Shown here one piece after another: positions 1 through 12,900 of a stretch of DNA of 64,000 nt. The notes below the pieces were generated by a model. The model had not been told where the DNA came from. It did not search any database and saw only the letters and a list, made by a program, of their open reading frames with translations. The position numbers and the translations under genes are program-made. This DNA is from Saccostrea echinata (Eukaryota): positions 17,918,001 to 17,982,000 of the forward strand of contig NW_026889751.1 in NCBI RefSeq assembly GCF_033153115.1. Direction: 5' to 3'. Each line of letters starts with the position of its first letter. The first letter of the stretch is position 1.

Positions 1-1066
1 TCAAAACATTCTAGCCCTAAATGTAAGTTTCTTTGGAGTAATATGGAAAACAGTAGAGTACACTTCAAAAAATATTCTTAAGAAAAATAAATTCGTTAAA
101 AAATCACTCGTCACTGTCCATTATTATATATTTAACAATATTTGCTAGAACCCTCGACCCCCCATTTTTTTGCAAAATATTCGAATTTTTTTTCTCCAAA
201 TACCTTAATATCAGCAGGGATTTTGTAAAGGTAGAGTCTGCGAAAATTCTATGATTATTTTCCATGTAAATGTATCAAAAGATTAAGCATGAGGAATTTT
301 TCGTTATTATCACACGTAACCATTGTGTAAAATCCACACTTTCGATTTCATTTGCATATTATGGTTTCTATGGTTTATAAAAAGAGTAGAGCTACACTGA
401 TATTGCTGATATGTGGGTCACTATCATAATTGAAATACATGTACAGGTGTTATTTATCCTTGTTTTATTGTCTCACAATCAGCACAAGATTGATTTTAAT
501 CAACAAAAGCTTGCTTAAAAATATTTTAGTCGGAGAAGCAATAAGAGTTGTCCGTACATATTTTTTTTCAATTTTCTTTATGATTTTTTTTCGTGAAAAG
601 AGGCGCTGCCAAACCAGTCCCCACCCCCCTTCTCATTGAGGAAAAAATAAGAGGAGTAGGAAAGTCTTTAACAATTTTCAATTTCTAGATTGATTTCTAT
701 TAATTAACAATAAAGAAAGTTAAATTCAAGACAACCTAAGAGAATAAAATAAAAATAACTACATTAGATGAAAATTTTGTTGCCATTAGTTTGTAACACC
801 CCCCCCCCCTCTTTTTTTCAATCTCAACTGGAAGTCTTGGATCTACCATTCTACATATCATGATACTAATAGTTTATACATGTACTGAGGGAGGAGGTAC
901 AAGTGTACTAACCAGAATAAGCTGACAATAGATTTAAAAAAAGAGTAAAAATTATGATCCAAAAAAAAAAAAAAAAATCTACTTCGTTGGGTTAAAAAAA
1001 ATCTAGCTATAAACAACTTACGGCCATACGCTTTAAAGAACATGATTTGTTTTTTAAAACATTCTA

Positions 1067-1070
<4 letters not shown>

Positions 1071-1103
<33 letters not shown>
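1071..1103. repeat. (CT)n microsatellite
   Basis: Uninterrupted CT dinucleotide run; the source of the spurious MEREREREREI ORF. Confidence 0.95.
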
Positions 1104-1107
<4 letters not shown>

Positions 1108-1263
1108 TGTTTTCACATCGCTGAATTCTTAGATAAAACCGTATACTAATAAAGTTGCAATGAAGAGATGATGACGGATAAAAACTTTGGGTAAATTATA
1201 TGTAGTGTACTTATTTATTTAATTTATGTTTTGTCTAAATAGACCTATAATCACTACCCTTTC

Positions 1264-2043
1264 GGTTTATTCCCACCTAGCCAAAATTTCAAATTTCTTA
1301 TTCCCATTTAGCCAAAATTGGGATTTTCACACCTGAGTGGTCATCTGTGTATAGTCTGTTTTAGGTTTATTACCTGTAATAATTACCTGTGGTGCACAAG
1401 ATCATTATTAAAAATTAATGCATATTATAAATATTTGTTTTATAAGATATTGAATAATCAGGTTCTACATATTAATAAATTTAAAACACGTAACACATGT
1501 ATCAATATTTTTTAAACAGAAAAAAATCACATTTTGGAAAAAAAAAGACAATGTTAAGAACAATTTTTATTGATGAAAATAATTCATTTAATTCATTCAT
1601 CAATTAACATGGGAATAAATAATTTTTTGACAATAAACAATTGAATGTATTTGGATTATTACTTAACTGATAAAAATAGAGAGATGAAAAGAATGAAAAT
1701 AATTGTTTAATTTATTTTATTAAATAGTACCTTACTTTTGAATGTATTTTCAAATATTTGTGATACATATTAAAATAGTAAAGAATTTAAAAATTGGCAT
1801 GAATTAATTTAAATTAAAAAAATATTAATAATTTAAAATGTTTATTTCATTTACCATTAATCACATTATCGGAATTTAAGGATAATTTTAACATTTTACA
1901 GTGCTTAATTCAAAAACAGACTATAGGTCACCTGTAATTAATTTCTTTTGTTCTTCCCCTCCCCTTACCTGTACACCATTTCCACCTAGCCAAAACCAGT
2001 CACCTGTAATAATTTCAGAATTTTGGTTAAGTGGGAAGACACC
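1264..2043. mobile_element. Non-autonomous DNA transposon (MITE), GG..CC termini, 8-bp TSD; Merlin-like
   Basis: Imperfect ~25-bp TIRs GGTTTATTCCCACCTAGCCAAAATT / AATTTTGGTTAAGTGGGAAGACACC flanked by ACCCTTTC at 1256-1263 and 2044-2051. The superfamily is inferred only from the termini and TSD length. Confidence 0.75.
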
Positions 2044-3459
2044 ACCCTTTCACTGACTGCATAACTATACTAATAATTAAATTGTGTTAGTTACAATGAA
2101 ATATTTGGAGCACAGTACAAAAAATGCATAAACATTTTATACTGATGTCTAAGACATACGACATGCATTTAATGCAATTTTACTCACTGGGGGTATATTT
2201 GAATTATGTTTCACAATGGATGACAAGATCGGGTATGTGTTTTATGTACATATGCGTCAATAGCCTCACTTCGATTTTAATAAATACAGACATATTAAAA
2301 ATATACCGATATATTCTTCTGTTTTGATCACGGGCGCGGGATCGTCATGTGCAAGTGTTTTGACGAAACCCGATATCGGTGCTCACATAACTGCATACTA
2401 TAACTATACATTATTTTGTATCAGCATGTATAAGCCATGGCTATAACTGAATTTTGTTAATCAACTGAGATGATTCTTCTGCATGTACATAAAAAAGATG
2501 GATTTCGGTGCGGAAATGCAGATGATTATCTTAATGCGTATTTTTTTCATTCCCTTTTTTTTCATTTTTTTTTTAATTTTCACTTTGGGCAGCAACCCAT
2601 ATCATTATTATTTCGCTTGTTTTAAAAAGGTATAGCGTGATATCTCTGCTACAATCTCTATTAATTTGTTTACAATTTAAGTCATGCCTGATAACACTAT
2701 TAACAACAGTATTTTGAATTATTTCAGGGAGGGGAGGGGGGAGGGGTAGTAAAGAAAGACACCGTGGCGGGAATTTCTGATAACTTATAATTTGATGGTA
2801 TCATCCAGTTGGGTTTACATGTAATTAAATCATATACATGTAAATACATGTAGGGGCACTATCTAGAGTGTTAAAAGCTTTTCAGCAACATCCCAAATAA
2901 TTTACAGCCTTTATGACGTCACAACTGACGTATTACTAGTAACGTCATACATAATGACCTAGTCATAGTAAAAACCACAAAGTTTTTCCAGACATTTATT
3001 TCAGAAAATGTATGTAGTTGACTATTTTTCACATCTAGCGTTTTAAATGAACAATTTACTGATTTTCTAGCATATTTTGTGAAATTTATATTTTTTTATT
3101 ATTACATGAATTGAATGTAAACGATTGATCTACTAATTAATGATTATTTGATCCATCAAAATTTAAATATAAAATCAAATTTCATATTGGCCACAGCCAC
3201 GAACAACAACGATATTAAACATAAAGATTTGTATCGGTAATATCTATATCTATGGGAAGTATAAAAGTTGTTCTTGACTGTGGCCACATCTAACTTTGGG
3301 AAAATCTGTCGAAAAAACGGCATTTTTTAACGTTTTTATGAAACCGTCGCATTTTCCAACCGTCGCACGTGTTTAATGGCGCATTATATAACGATATAAG
3401 TTATGTATGGAAAAGAAGAATGTTGTCCTCTAATATTTAACGTATAGTACTCTTCTTGA

Positions 3460-4245
3460 ACCGAAACTTTATTTTTGTGAAAAACACAGGGCCAAATATG
3501 ATGGTTCGTGGCTTTAGCTCTTTGCTTGGTATGGCGTTTCTATACATGATGAATATAACAAACATTGTAACATATAACAAATACATATATACGGATATAA
3601 AGATAGGACATACGAAGAATGAACCACAACTTTTTTTCATTTCTTAACTTAAAAGCTAAACGCAAAAAAAATCCGAAATTACAAAGCTCGGAAAAGTTTT
3701 GGACACTCAGTAATTGAACTAGTTTGAATGCGGATGATTTTTTCCAGTAATAACATTTAATATATTTACTTTTCAATTCTTTGTATGGGGGACAAATCAA
3801 AACAAAATGAAATTCATCTTCTATGTTGGTTTTACAAAACTCACAAAATCTTTGTTCCTTTACAATATTTCTATGAGGCCCAGTTTCAATTGCAAGGTTA
3901 CGTGAAGACATTTTTATTCTACTTTTTTGTTTTTTGTATTTTTTTATAAAGAGAAGGTATTGACTTTCTTAAATAATATTGCAAGGTAAAATAATCTACA
4001 ATATGCCTGTAAAAAATACATTTTGTTGAACAATTCATTTCAGTCATGAGGTTTTGTATGAAATTATCAGTTATTCTTTGTTTGATACTAGTAATTAGAA
4101 ATTGTTTATTAGTCATTTGTTTGTCCTTTCAAACCAGATAAATCCAAGTCCATTTTCAAAAAGTTTTTCTTTGACTTTTACAACCCAGTTGTCAGAGTGT
4201 CTGCTGGAATATACACATTTTCAGGATACAATTGTCGGTTTTTGT
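3460..4245 (-). mobile_element. Decayed 3' end of a CR1/L2-group LINE ORF2 (C-terminal Cys/His region)
   Basis: Frameshifted ORFs 3919-4116 and 3540-3911 contain LAIETG..R.CEFC..NIEDEFHFVLICPPY..L...YI; upstream is NWVVKVKEKL..GLGFIW. These motifs are typical of the CR1/L2/Crack ORF2 C-terminus. Confidence 0.8.
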
Positions 4246-5125
4246 TTTTGATCTGTTTTTATATACCCGCTGATGTATTGTTTCATCCGCCATATTTAAA
4301 TAAATACTGTACAACACGGGATGTTTTATTTTGATTTCTAGAGTTCAACTAGTAAGCATGCGCATATTGAACACTAGTGTGACACGGGTTATCTTAATCG
4401 AATACACTCTTAAATACCCACGACGCATGAAGAGTTATCTCTAAATTTAGATAAAGCTACGTAGATGACTTTATTTATACGGCGGGTATGTCCAGCTTGT
4501 TATAACAAAACATTTCACATTTTACGTTTATTTCATGCATAGTTTTTCCTATCTTGTTGATTTATCCGACATTAAATAAATATTATCCTATCCTATAGAC
4601 TGGCGACCTAATACTAGTAGTAAACTTTTTTTCACATCTATGGTCACTGTAGCCATGTTGCACGAGAAAAGTTAGAACGATAAAAAGCACAATTAATGGC
4701 AAGTGCGTCTCGAACATCATTTGAAAAGATGTGTTGTAGACAGCATGCGTTAATATTTTTTAATATGTATATAAAAATGGGTCCAATAATCACGCTGTTG
4801 ATGCAATATCCAAAAAAATCCATTGAGTCATTTCAATTTAGTGGTTTCAAGTCAAATTTGAGCAACTAATTAACAGAAAAATAATGAATCGAATGAGTAT
4901 GAAAAAATTAAATTATCTAAAATGATAGCACTTTATCTTTTAAGACATCGCCACTAAATGTATACATGTCTTATTTGATTTAGATCACAATATCAAGGAA
5001 AACAATTTAATTCTGCATGCATCTAAAATATTACCTATTAACTTTCTGACATTCTCTCCCTCCCTTTCTCTCTCAAGAGAGATGTTACATTGTACTTCCA
5101 TTATTTGAGAAAAAAATATATATAT

Positions 5126-5215
5126 ACCAACCATTCCAGGATTCGAACCCATTCTCAGGTAAAAGAATCTTCGAAAAAGAGTCCACACACTTTACCACTA
5201 GACCAGCTGGGACAC
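5126..5215 (-). repeat. tRNA-derived (Pol III A/B box) remnant, not a functional tRNA
   Basis: Reverse strand reads A-box TGGTCTAGTGGTA ... B-box GGGTTCGAATCC, but no complete cloverleaf is evident. Confidence 0.5.
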
Positions 5216-5919
5216 TTAATTATCATGCGCTATTTTATGTGCACATTTTCCACCTCGGATGGATAATAATTTTTATTCGATTTTTGTGATTTTCAAAAAT
5301 ATGCCTCTTTGAAACAAAAATCGGAAATGGTAGTTTTGAAGAAAAATCCTGTCTCTTTATGCGTATATCAAATTCATTCTGTTTCAAGGAGGCAATTTTT
5401 CAGAACAATGGGGATTCCCTATTTGAAAAGCAGAAAACTTGACTTATTTTGCTATATGGCTAATTCACACTTCATTTAATGGCAAATTGGTAGTCGATAT
5501 GCAGTTTCTAAATACTGTTCTACATTGTGCTGTATATACCGTTGTATCTGAAATAAATTTAAGACCGTTTTCTGTTAATTGAAAATTTTCTTTTAAACTG
5601 CTACAACTTTAGGGAAAATAATAAAAGAACTGCAACACCCTCTTTATGAACACTATCCAAATCTGCTAATCCGAAGAATTAGCACATAAATTATACCAAC
5701 ATAAAATAATGAAAAAAAAAAAAAAAAATAAGACAACGATGATTTAAAGATATAGTAATTTGTCGACATTCTATTTGAACACAGGTAACAGATGGGGAAC
5801 TTGAAACCTTATAGGTCTGGTAACTAATTGACAAAACGTGAATAGCAGGATCCTTTTTCTTTGTTCACAAAAGTACACAAGTAGGAGACAAATGAGCGAT
5901 GATTTCGTCAATAACTCAC

Positions 5920-6881
5920 CTCTGTCACGGGGTCTTCTTGACAAGACCCCACTGTCAATTTCTCGGGCCACGAAAACAGATACTTTTTATTATTCAAGCA
6001 CATTTTTCGTGCCGACACGTCAGTCTGAAAAAGAAAACTTAATCATAGTAAAATCACGGCAAAATCGCGCATATGCAGGATAAAAATGGACCAGATTAAG
6101 ATGATTTGCATATTTCCTTGTATTTACCTGCACTGTACCCCAGACTTTGGAATTATGTTGGTATGGGAGTAATTCAGGCCAAACTGTTTGGAGAAACCAG
6201 GCGAAAGGTTTGCATTTTAACGTTCTTCTGATTTCCTGCCTTTTACTAATATCTCCAGCATCTCTTTCCTATTTAACAAAAATTAAAACTGATGACATTT
6301 GTTACAACGCAAAATGTAATAAACTGGGATTATTACATTTTCCGTTATTACATTTTGCGTCGAGATCAACACAAAATGTAATAACGCAAAATGTAATAAC
6401 GCGATTTTATGATTATTACATTTTGCGTTATTACTTTTTGCGTTGGGATTAACGCAAAATGTAATAATGCACTTTTTGGTTGTTACATTTTGCGTTAATT
6501 ATTTTTTGCGTCGAAGACAACGCAAAATGTAATAAAGCAAAATGTAATAAAACAAATATAATTGTTTTTTTTGGTATTGTTTTCAATGCGAAACATCACA
6601 AAATTGATTGAAACATATAACAATGGGGAAACTCGATTTAGTAAACAGACAGACCTATAAGAATATTAGACAAACATTATGGCCTTAACGGACATTACTA
6701 AATCTAATCGTATATATTTTCAAACTCTATTTCTAACATGACACGTCTGTTTATAAATCAGTCTGTATTATATATCCATCACTGGCATTCTTGATTACCA
6801 AGGATTGACCATGGGTCCATTAAAAGCTCTTGATATGCATGTACAACATGCATGTGTACATTGGTTAGCAAATTAGAAGTG

Positions 6882-6912
<31 letters not shown>

Positions 6913-9900
6913 CTGGTGAGGAGAAGCGGGGGTAGGGTTTACTTCGTATGTTGAACTTTGTATTTCTATGCGCATGCAGAAACAATCCATTTTATTATTA
7001 GAGAGAGAGGGAATTTTAGTTTTGCTGGTCTGCAATGCACATGATTTGTAAAACAGTGTGATATCTTAATTGTCAAGAAACCCCCTTCCCGCTATAGTTA
7101 CACTTGCTAGTAAAAATAGATTTCTTTTCTAAATTTCGTGCATGTTCCTATGCAAAAAGAAAAAGCAAATCGATACACCGATAAACGAAATACCCCCCCC
7201 CCCCCCCCACACACACACATGTACACGCAACACCTATGATTTGAATGTCATCTGATTTTAAATGGCTAATGATATCAATATATGATGAAATCAGATCTAT
7301 TGTAAGAATAAGCATATTGTTTTATTTTCTTTCCGTTTATTTTCTTCATCCACTACTCAATTGAAAATTATTCTCAATCTGACTGACAAAAAATGTGTTA
7401 TTACATTTTGTGTTTTTGTATTTTGCTTAATCTTTACGCAAAATGTAACAACGCAAAATGTAATAATCCAAAAATCGTGTTATTACATTTTGCGTTATTA
7501 CATTTTGCGTTGATCTCGACGCAAAATGTAATAACGCAAAATGTAATAATCCTAAAAAGTGTGTTGTTACATTTTACGTTATTACATTCTGCGTTGATAT
7601 CGACGCAAAATGTAATAACGCAAAATGCAATAATCCCGGTTTATTACATTTCGCGTTGTTATTACATATCGCGTTGTAACATACGTTGTCTCTTCGATTT
7701 ACTTTTCTCTGCTCAAAGTCTTAGAAAGTTGGTTAAAATTGAATTTTAAAATGTAAGAAAGCAAAAGAAAGTGAAATTAGAAATCGAGCGGGGATTATGT
7801 TTTAACTGCTTCAACTCATAAATATACGATATACATGTATGCAAAATTCAAGTACCGTTCTATATCGTGCAATATAATGGGAGAACAATTCATGATGGCA
7901 TCAAACGAAGACCGAGAAATAGTAAAGGTTTTCCCTATTGAACTGATATTTACTGTGAAAACATTCTCTTTTTGAGTACCGCAAATCTAAAGATGTGTAC
8001 AGGGCACAATGTTTTCAGGAAGGTTGAGAGAAATTATTTACAACGTTTAATTTGATGATCAAGTATTAATAAATGCGCCTCTACCTCGATATTCACATCT
8101 ATAATTGTCGCTGGTTGCTAAAATAAAGCCCTCTTTGATAATTTTTAATCAACACATCCCTATATACGATAGAAGTGTTTTTATTCTTCCTTGACTTTTG
8201 GTACGTGAAAAAAAAAAAATAAATTCACTCATACATGTATGTACCTTCATAGTTGGGTATATTTGATACACGTATTGTTTGTATTCGTCAAACCAAACTT
8301 CCACGATTCTCTTGTAATTATATATTTCTATGGTTGTTCGATCTTCCAGAAAACTGTATGGCTGGTCACGTGCAATATGGCCAATCTTTGAACATGCAAC
8401 ATGGATAAGCCGGCCTCCGCAAGTCCATACCTGACATTATTCAAATATTTTAATAATCAACAAACACAGTTAAAGCGTTTTTACATAGAAATGTGATCAG
8501 CATCTAGATGTAATTTAAAAGCACGTACTGTCTGGGACAATGACTATAAACAAAAGCTTTGAAGGGAGAGAAAAAAAAAAACCAATCCCACATTACTACT
8601 CTTTCCTTATTTAAGTGATTAAAGACCAATTCACAGTAAAATGAAATCTCATACAAATAAAAGACCATCTTTAGGGAAAACATCATATGACCCAAGGGTG
8701 TCATGATTCCACAAGTTAATTTTTTTTAACAAAGAAAAGAAACTGCTTGATACAAAATTTTTCATGTTATGGCTTTCTGTGACCCTGATGCAAGGTCATT
8801 TTTACAAAGTCATTGGTTTAGAATTATATCGAATTCTTTCTAGATTTTCTCACTAGCAGTTACGGAAGGAGCTCGAATTTTAAACATTTTTTTCAACCCT
8901 GAATTATATGTACTCTTATCTGAATAAACAACCTTTGTCAGATTCAAGCTTGATCAGGCCCCAGGATCATAAAGTCTTAGCCTTTTGAAATTCAAATTTT
9001 CATTCATAAGTTGAATATTTATATTAATCTGACACTAGAAAAGTAAAATAAAGCATAAATGGGAAACAATTCTTAATTTTGGTTTCAAATTTTACGTGTT
9101 TTCTGTGATAACCTTGTACAAATTCTGACTGAAGTCTAAAACTGCTTCATGAGCCTGGGACCTGGACACATGTGTCTAATTTTTTTCTGTCAGTTATGTT
9201 AACAGTGCCAAAATACAATCTATCAATCGATCGATCAACGTCATTATAATCCTCAGATTAAAGACAATCAATGAGCCAAATTTGAGTTTCCAATATTTTC
9301 TGAATATCAAATTTACTGGGGACCCTATTTACACCCCGAGGTAAATGGGGAGGGGAATTGGAGAATGGCTAAAATATAATTTGGGAGATCTAGAGAGTTA
9401 AAGGTAAGTTTTCAATTATTATAGTACGTCAATGCAATTAAATATACTTAGTCTAACTTAGTATATAGTCAAACGTTTGAATCATTAAAACAATAAAATA
9501 TTGCCTCTCGTGGTGATGTAGAAATCTCTGGGGAATATTGAATGATCATCCTCAATCAATAATTTACCCGTATAGAAAGCTCGATGTTTTCTCCGCCCCA
9601 GATCTTCATTCCGTCATCAAGTGACCCGATGCTTCTAAAATACTCCACATTCACTGCAAATCCGGATCCTACTGCAATCACGCCCCTTAACGCCAATAAA
9701 AGTAAGCAATATATCTATGTACATGTACTAGTATTAACTTTCGATTACTACCCTTATACGACATCAGCTACCTAGGCATGAAGTCATAAGGCTGAATCTT
9801 CGATTTAGGTTTTGAAACCACACATAAATGTAAAAACCGAATTAGACATGCATTAAACAACCTCTCTAATCATAGTCATTTTCTAAATAAAAGAAACAAA

Positions 9901-12900
9901 GTATATTTAAGCTAAGAAGGGTTAATTTACATGTATCATGTTGATATTGATGTTTGCACGTGTTTTCAATTTTAAACTGCAACTCGGAAAAAATGCAAAA
10001 ACATCCTAGATATGTTACATGTACATAGGCCAAATGAATGCCAAACATCTAACAACTTTGTACAGAAATACATGGACGCTGACCATGCAGGCACCCTCAC
10101 ATTAGAGTTTCTTGGCCAATTCAAGCTACATCTACACATTGCACATATCATGCATGCAATACAGTTTTTTTTTCTTGTGTGTTAAATTGGCATATTAGCT
10201 TAATTAAAGAGTTACGGTTCCGTGTTAAGTTTTCGCTTTCAAAAAAAAAGACATCAATAGTAACTAGCTCCTTTGAGAAGTTTATTAATAAGCTAAAATA
10301 TAATATTTAGCTCTGGCTAACTTAACATTTAATTGATAAATACCGCACATGGATTCCCAAGTTTCAAATATGTTCTCCACTGAAAGCTGGATGTGCAACA
10401 AATATGCAACAAGTAGATATTCCGGACGAAAAATATGAAGACCAATTTGTATATGTTTACATATTCAAAAATTAAAAATACATATCAGTACATTGCTACA
10501 AAATATTGCATAATGTTTATTTAATATTAATGCTCAATTAGTATGAGAATTTCGTTTTTCAATTCTTTTTAAAAGCTTTTGATGGATAAAAAAATAAAAT
10601 TTTGCCAGAAATCTTTATTTTCTCTGACAAAGTTTCTTACAACATAGGTCCTTACTTTATAACAGAGTTTTAAATAAGTCCCACATTAAATTTTTATCCC
10701 CTTCTGATTGTGTTAGGTAACTGAGAGTAACACATCACACGTTCGTCGAAAACAAGACCTGCTAGAGTTGTATTCTAGTTTTTCCTTCCACAGTTAGATT
10801 TAAATCGTTAAGTCTCTTATCTCATTTAAAAATTAACAATTAACTTTTAAGATTGGTGTCCTAAGACAATGGTGATGCAAAATACCATAAAATGGTCTTT
10901 AACGTTTCTGTCCAGCAAAAACCACCTTTAAAACAGAACAATACTAAGTACAGAACACGGTACAACTTTATTATACCATTAAATGCTGCCTCTGTAAACC
11001 ATAAAATGCACATTTCTTTTACTTCCAACTACAGTGTACTTGTTTTGGACATATATAAATCATATGATACAATTAAAATGTTCATTTTGATATTACCGCA
11101 TATTTGAGCTCGTCTCACAATATGCGTCCTTATCAAAGCTCTACCCTGTTATTAATGTCATCATTCGCCTCTTATTTTGCGAGAAACTGATGATTGAGTA
11201 AAGTCGGAATTTATTTATCTACCCATACAGTGTCTGTACTTAGTCACTATGTTTCCGGGTTATCTCCCCTTTTCTATGCATCAATGAAAGTGAAAGGTGG
11301 GTGATGAAAGTATCTGATGTAATTTTTTGCATTTTGAAATAGTATATCACAATTTCTGTTTTTTAAAGTTAATTTTCAGTCGGAATAAGTAGCATTAATT
11401 ATTTTATTGACATTTATATCGCTCGATGGCGAATATTTGATTGGATGGAAACATATCGCATAGGCGTCGGAAGCAAATTGAAAGTGGGGGGGGGGGGGGG
11501 CTAATTGAAAGTGGGGGGCTAAACCTGCGAAAAAAGGTAAGCCCCAATTTTCAATGCCTATATTATGTCTATCTTTGCAAAAAAAGTAGGGGGGCTAAGC
11601 CCCCCTAACCCCCCCCCCCCCCGGTTCCGACAAGGTTAAGGTTAAGATAAGGTTATTTAGTTGAATAATCGTAAAAAGAGAGCCAGCGTGAAAATGATGA
11701 TTATTAAACTTCAAATTTATTCGGTACCCTTTCTTCAAGGTCAAACACGTATCGATATTTATAGATACTTATGTCCCTTGGCTACAGTCTTCACGGAATA
11801 TCCATATAATTCTCACAGTGGCTTTTGTAACATAGATTTGTTATATATATATGTATTTATCAGTTTAATACTTAAAAACTTTTAGTGGCAAAAAAGAACA
11901 TTGTACAAGGATAGTGCTACCCTGTACCTTTAAAGCAAAGTAAGTAAATAAATATACAGATTGAAAATTAATTAAAATACAGTCAATCTATTGCAGCCAT
12001 CCAAATGTTATATAGCTGAATTCACAAAGGGAAGTACTGTTTATTTTTAAGTGTATAATTATATAGTATAATATAGACAATTGTTTATTTCCAATCAAGC
12101 CACCACCCCCCTCCTCCAAGAGAGGCATGAAAAAGATACATTTGTATACAAAGGCAGTCATTAATTGTGAGATAAAATTGTGTAAAGTTAAATACATGCA
12201 GAGCAAGTTGTTGTGCTTTACAATGTTGTATTACAATAATGCATTATATGTATATGAATGAAACATGAAGTAGATGTTTATTTAATTGTACGTCAACATA
12301 TTTACTGTTGTCACATGTAGTGGCAAAACTCTAGGTAGGTAAAAATGAATGCATGAATTATGACTTAATATATTTGAAACATAAATATCAGTTGGATGGA
12401 AGCATTACAATGAGCAATTCAGGCTATTTAAAATGGGGGCATGAGCACCCTAAGTCGAATTGTACATTGTCCGCCAAATCCACATTACAGACAAATTTGA
12501 GCCACCAGCATCCTCACCTATCAGGATATCGCTTCTCTTATAGGGCTTGTCAAGGAGGACAATTTTGGCCTCCACGACACCAATAAAAGAAGGGCATTGC
12601 AATTTAAAAACACAATTGTTCACCAGTTAGGGTAGATAGGATTCCCCATATTATTAATAATCAACTAAAATTCTATCAAGGCTAGCTACTATTTTGCTTG
12701 TCGGGATATCAAATGGGTTCAGATTAAGATGGGGTCAAAGACACGTTTCAGATATATATATTCTGTGTCTGCTCATTGGTTCAGTTAAGATTATAAAGAA
12801 AATCAAGGAGGTTCGGGCTATTAGGTCGTTTTCAAAGCTGTGTCCACCTTGCATAATCATGAACGTCTCTAATAGAGCTTGTGTCATGGCTGTGGTGTTT

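Noticed and set aside
5928-5950. GGGGTCTT..AAGACCCC hairpin as a terminator or transposon end
   Set aside because: It lies inside GALNT-A coding exon 8 and is probably incidental.
6147-7749. ORFs with repeated TQNVI/LLHF peptides
   Set aside because: Translations of the 15-bp subterminal repeats of the foldback element.
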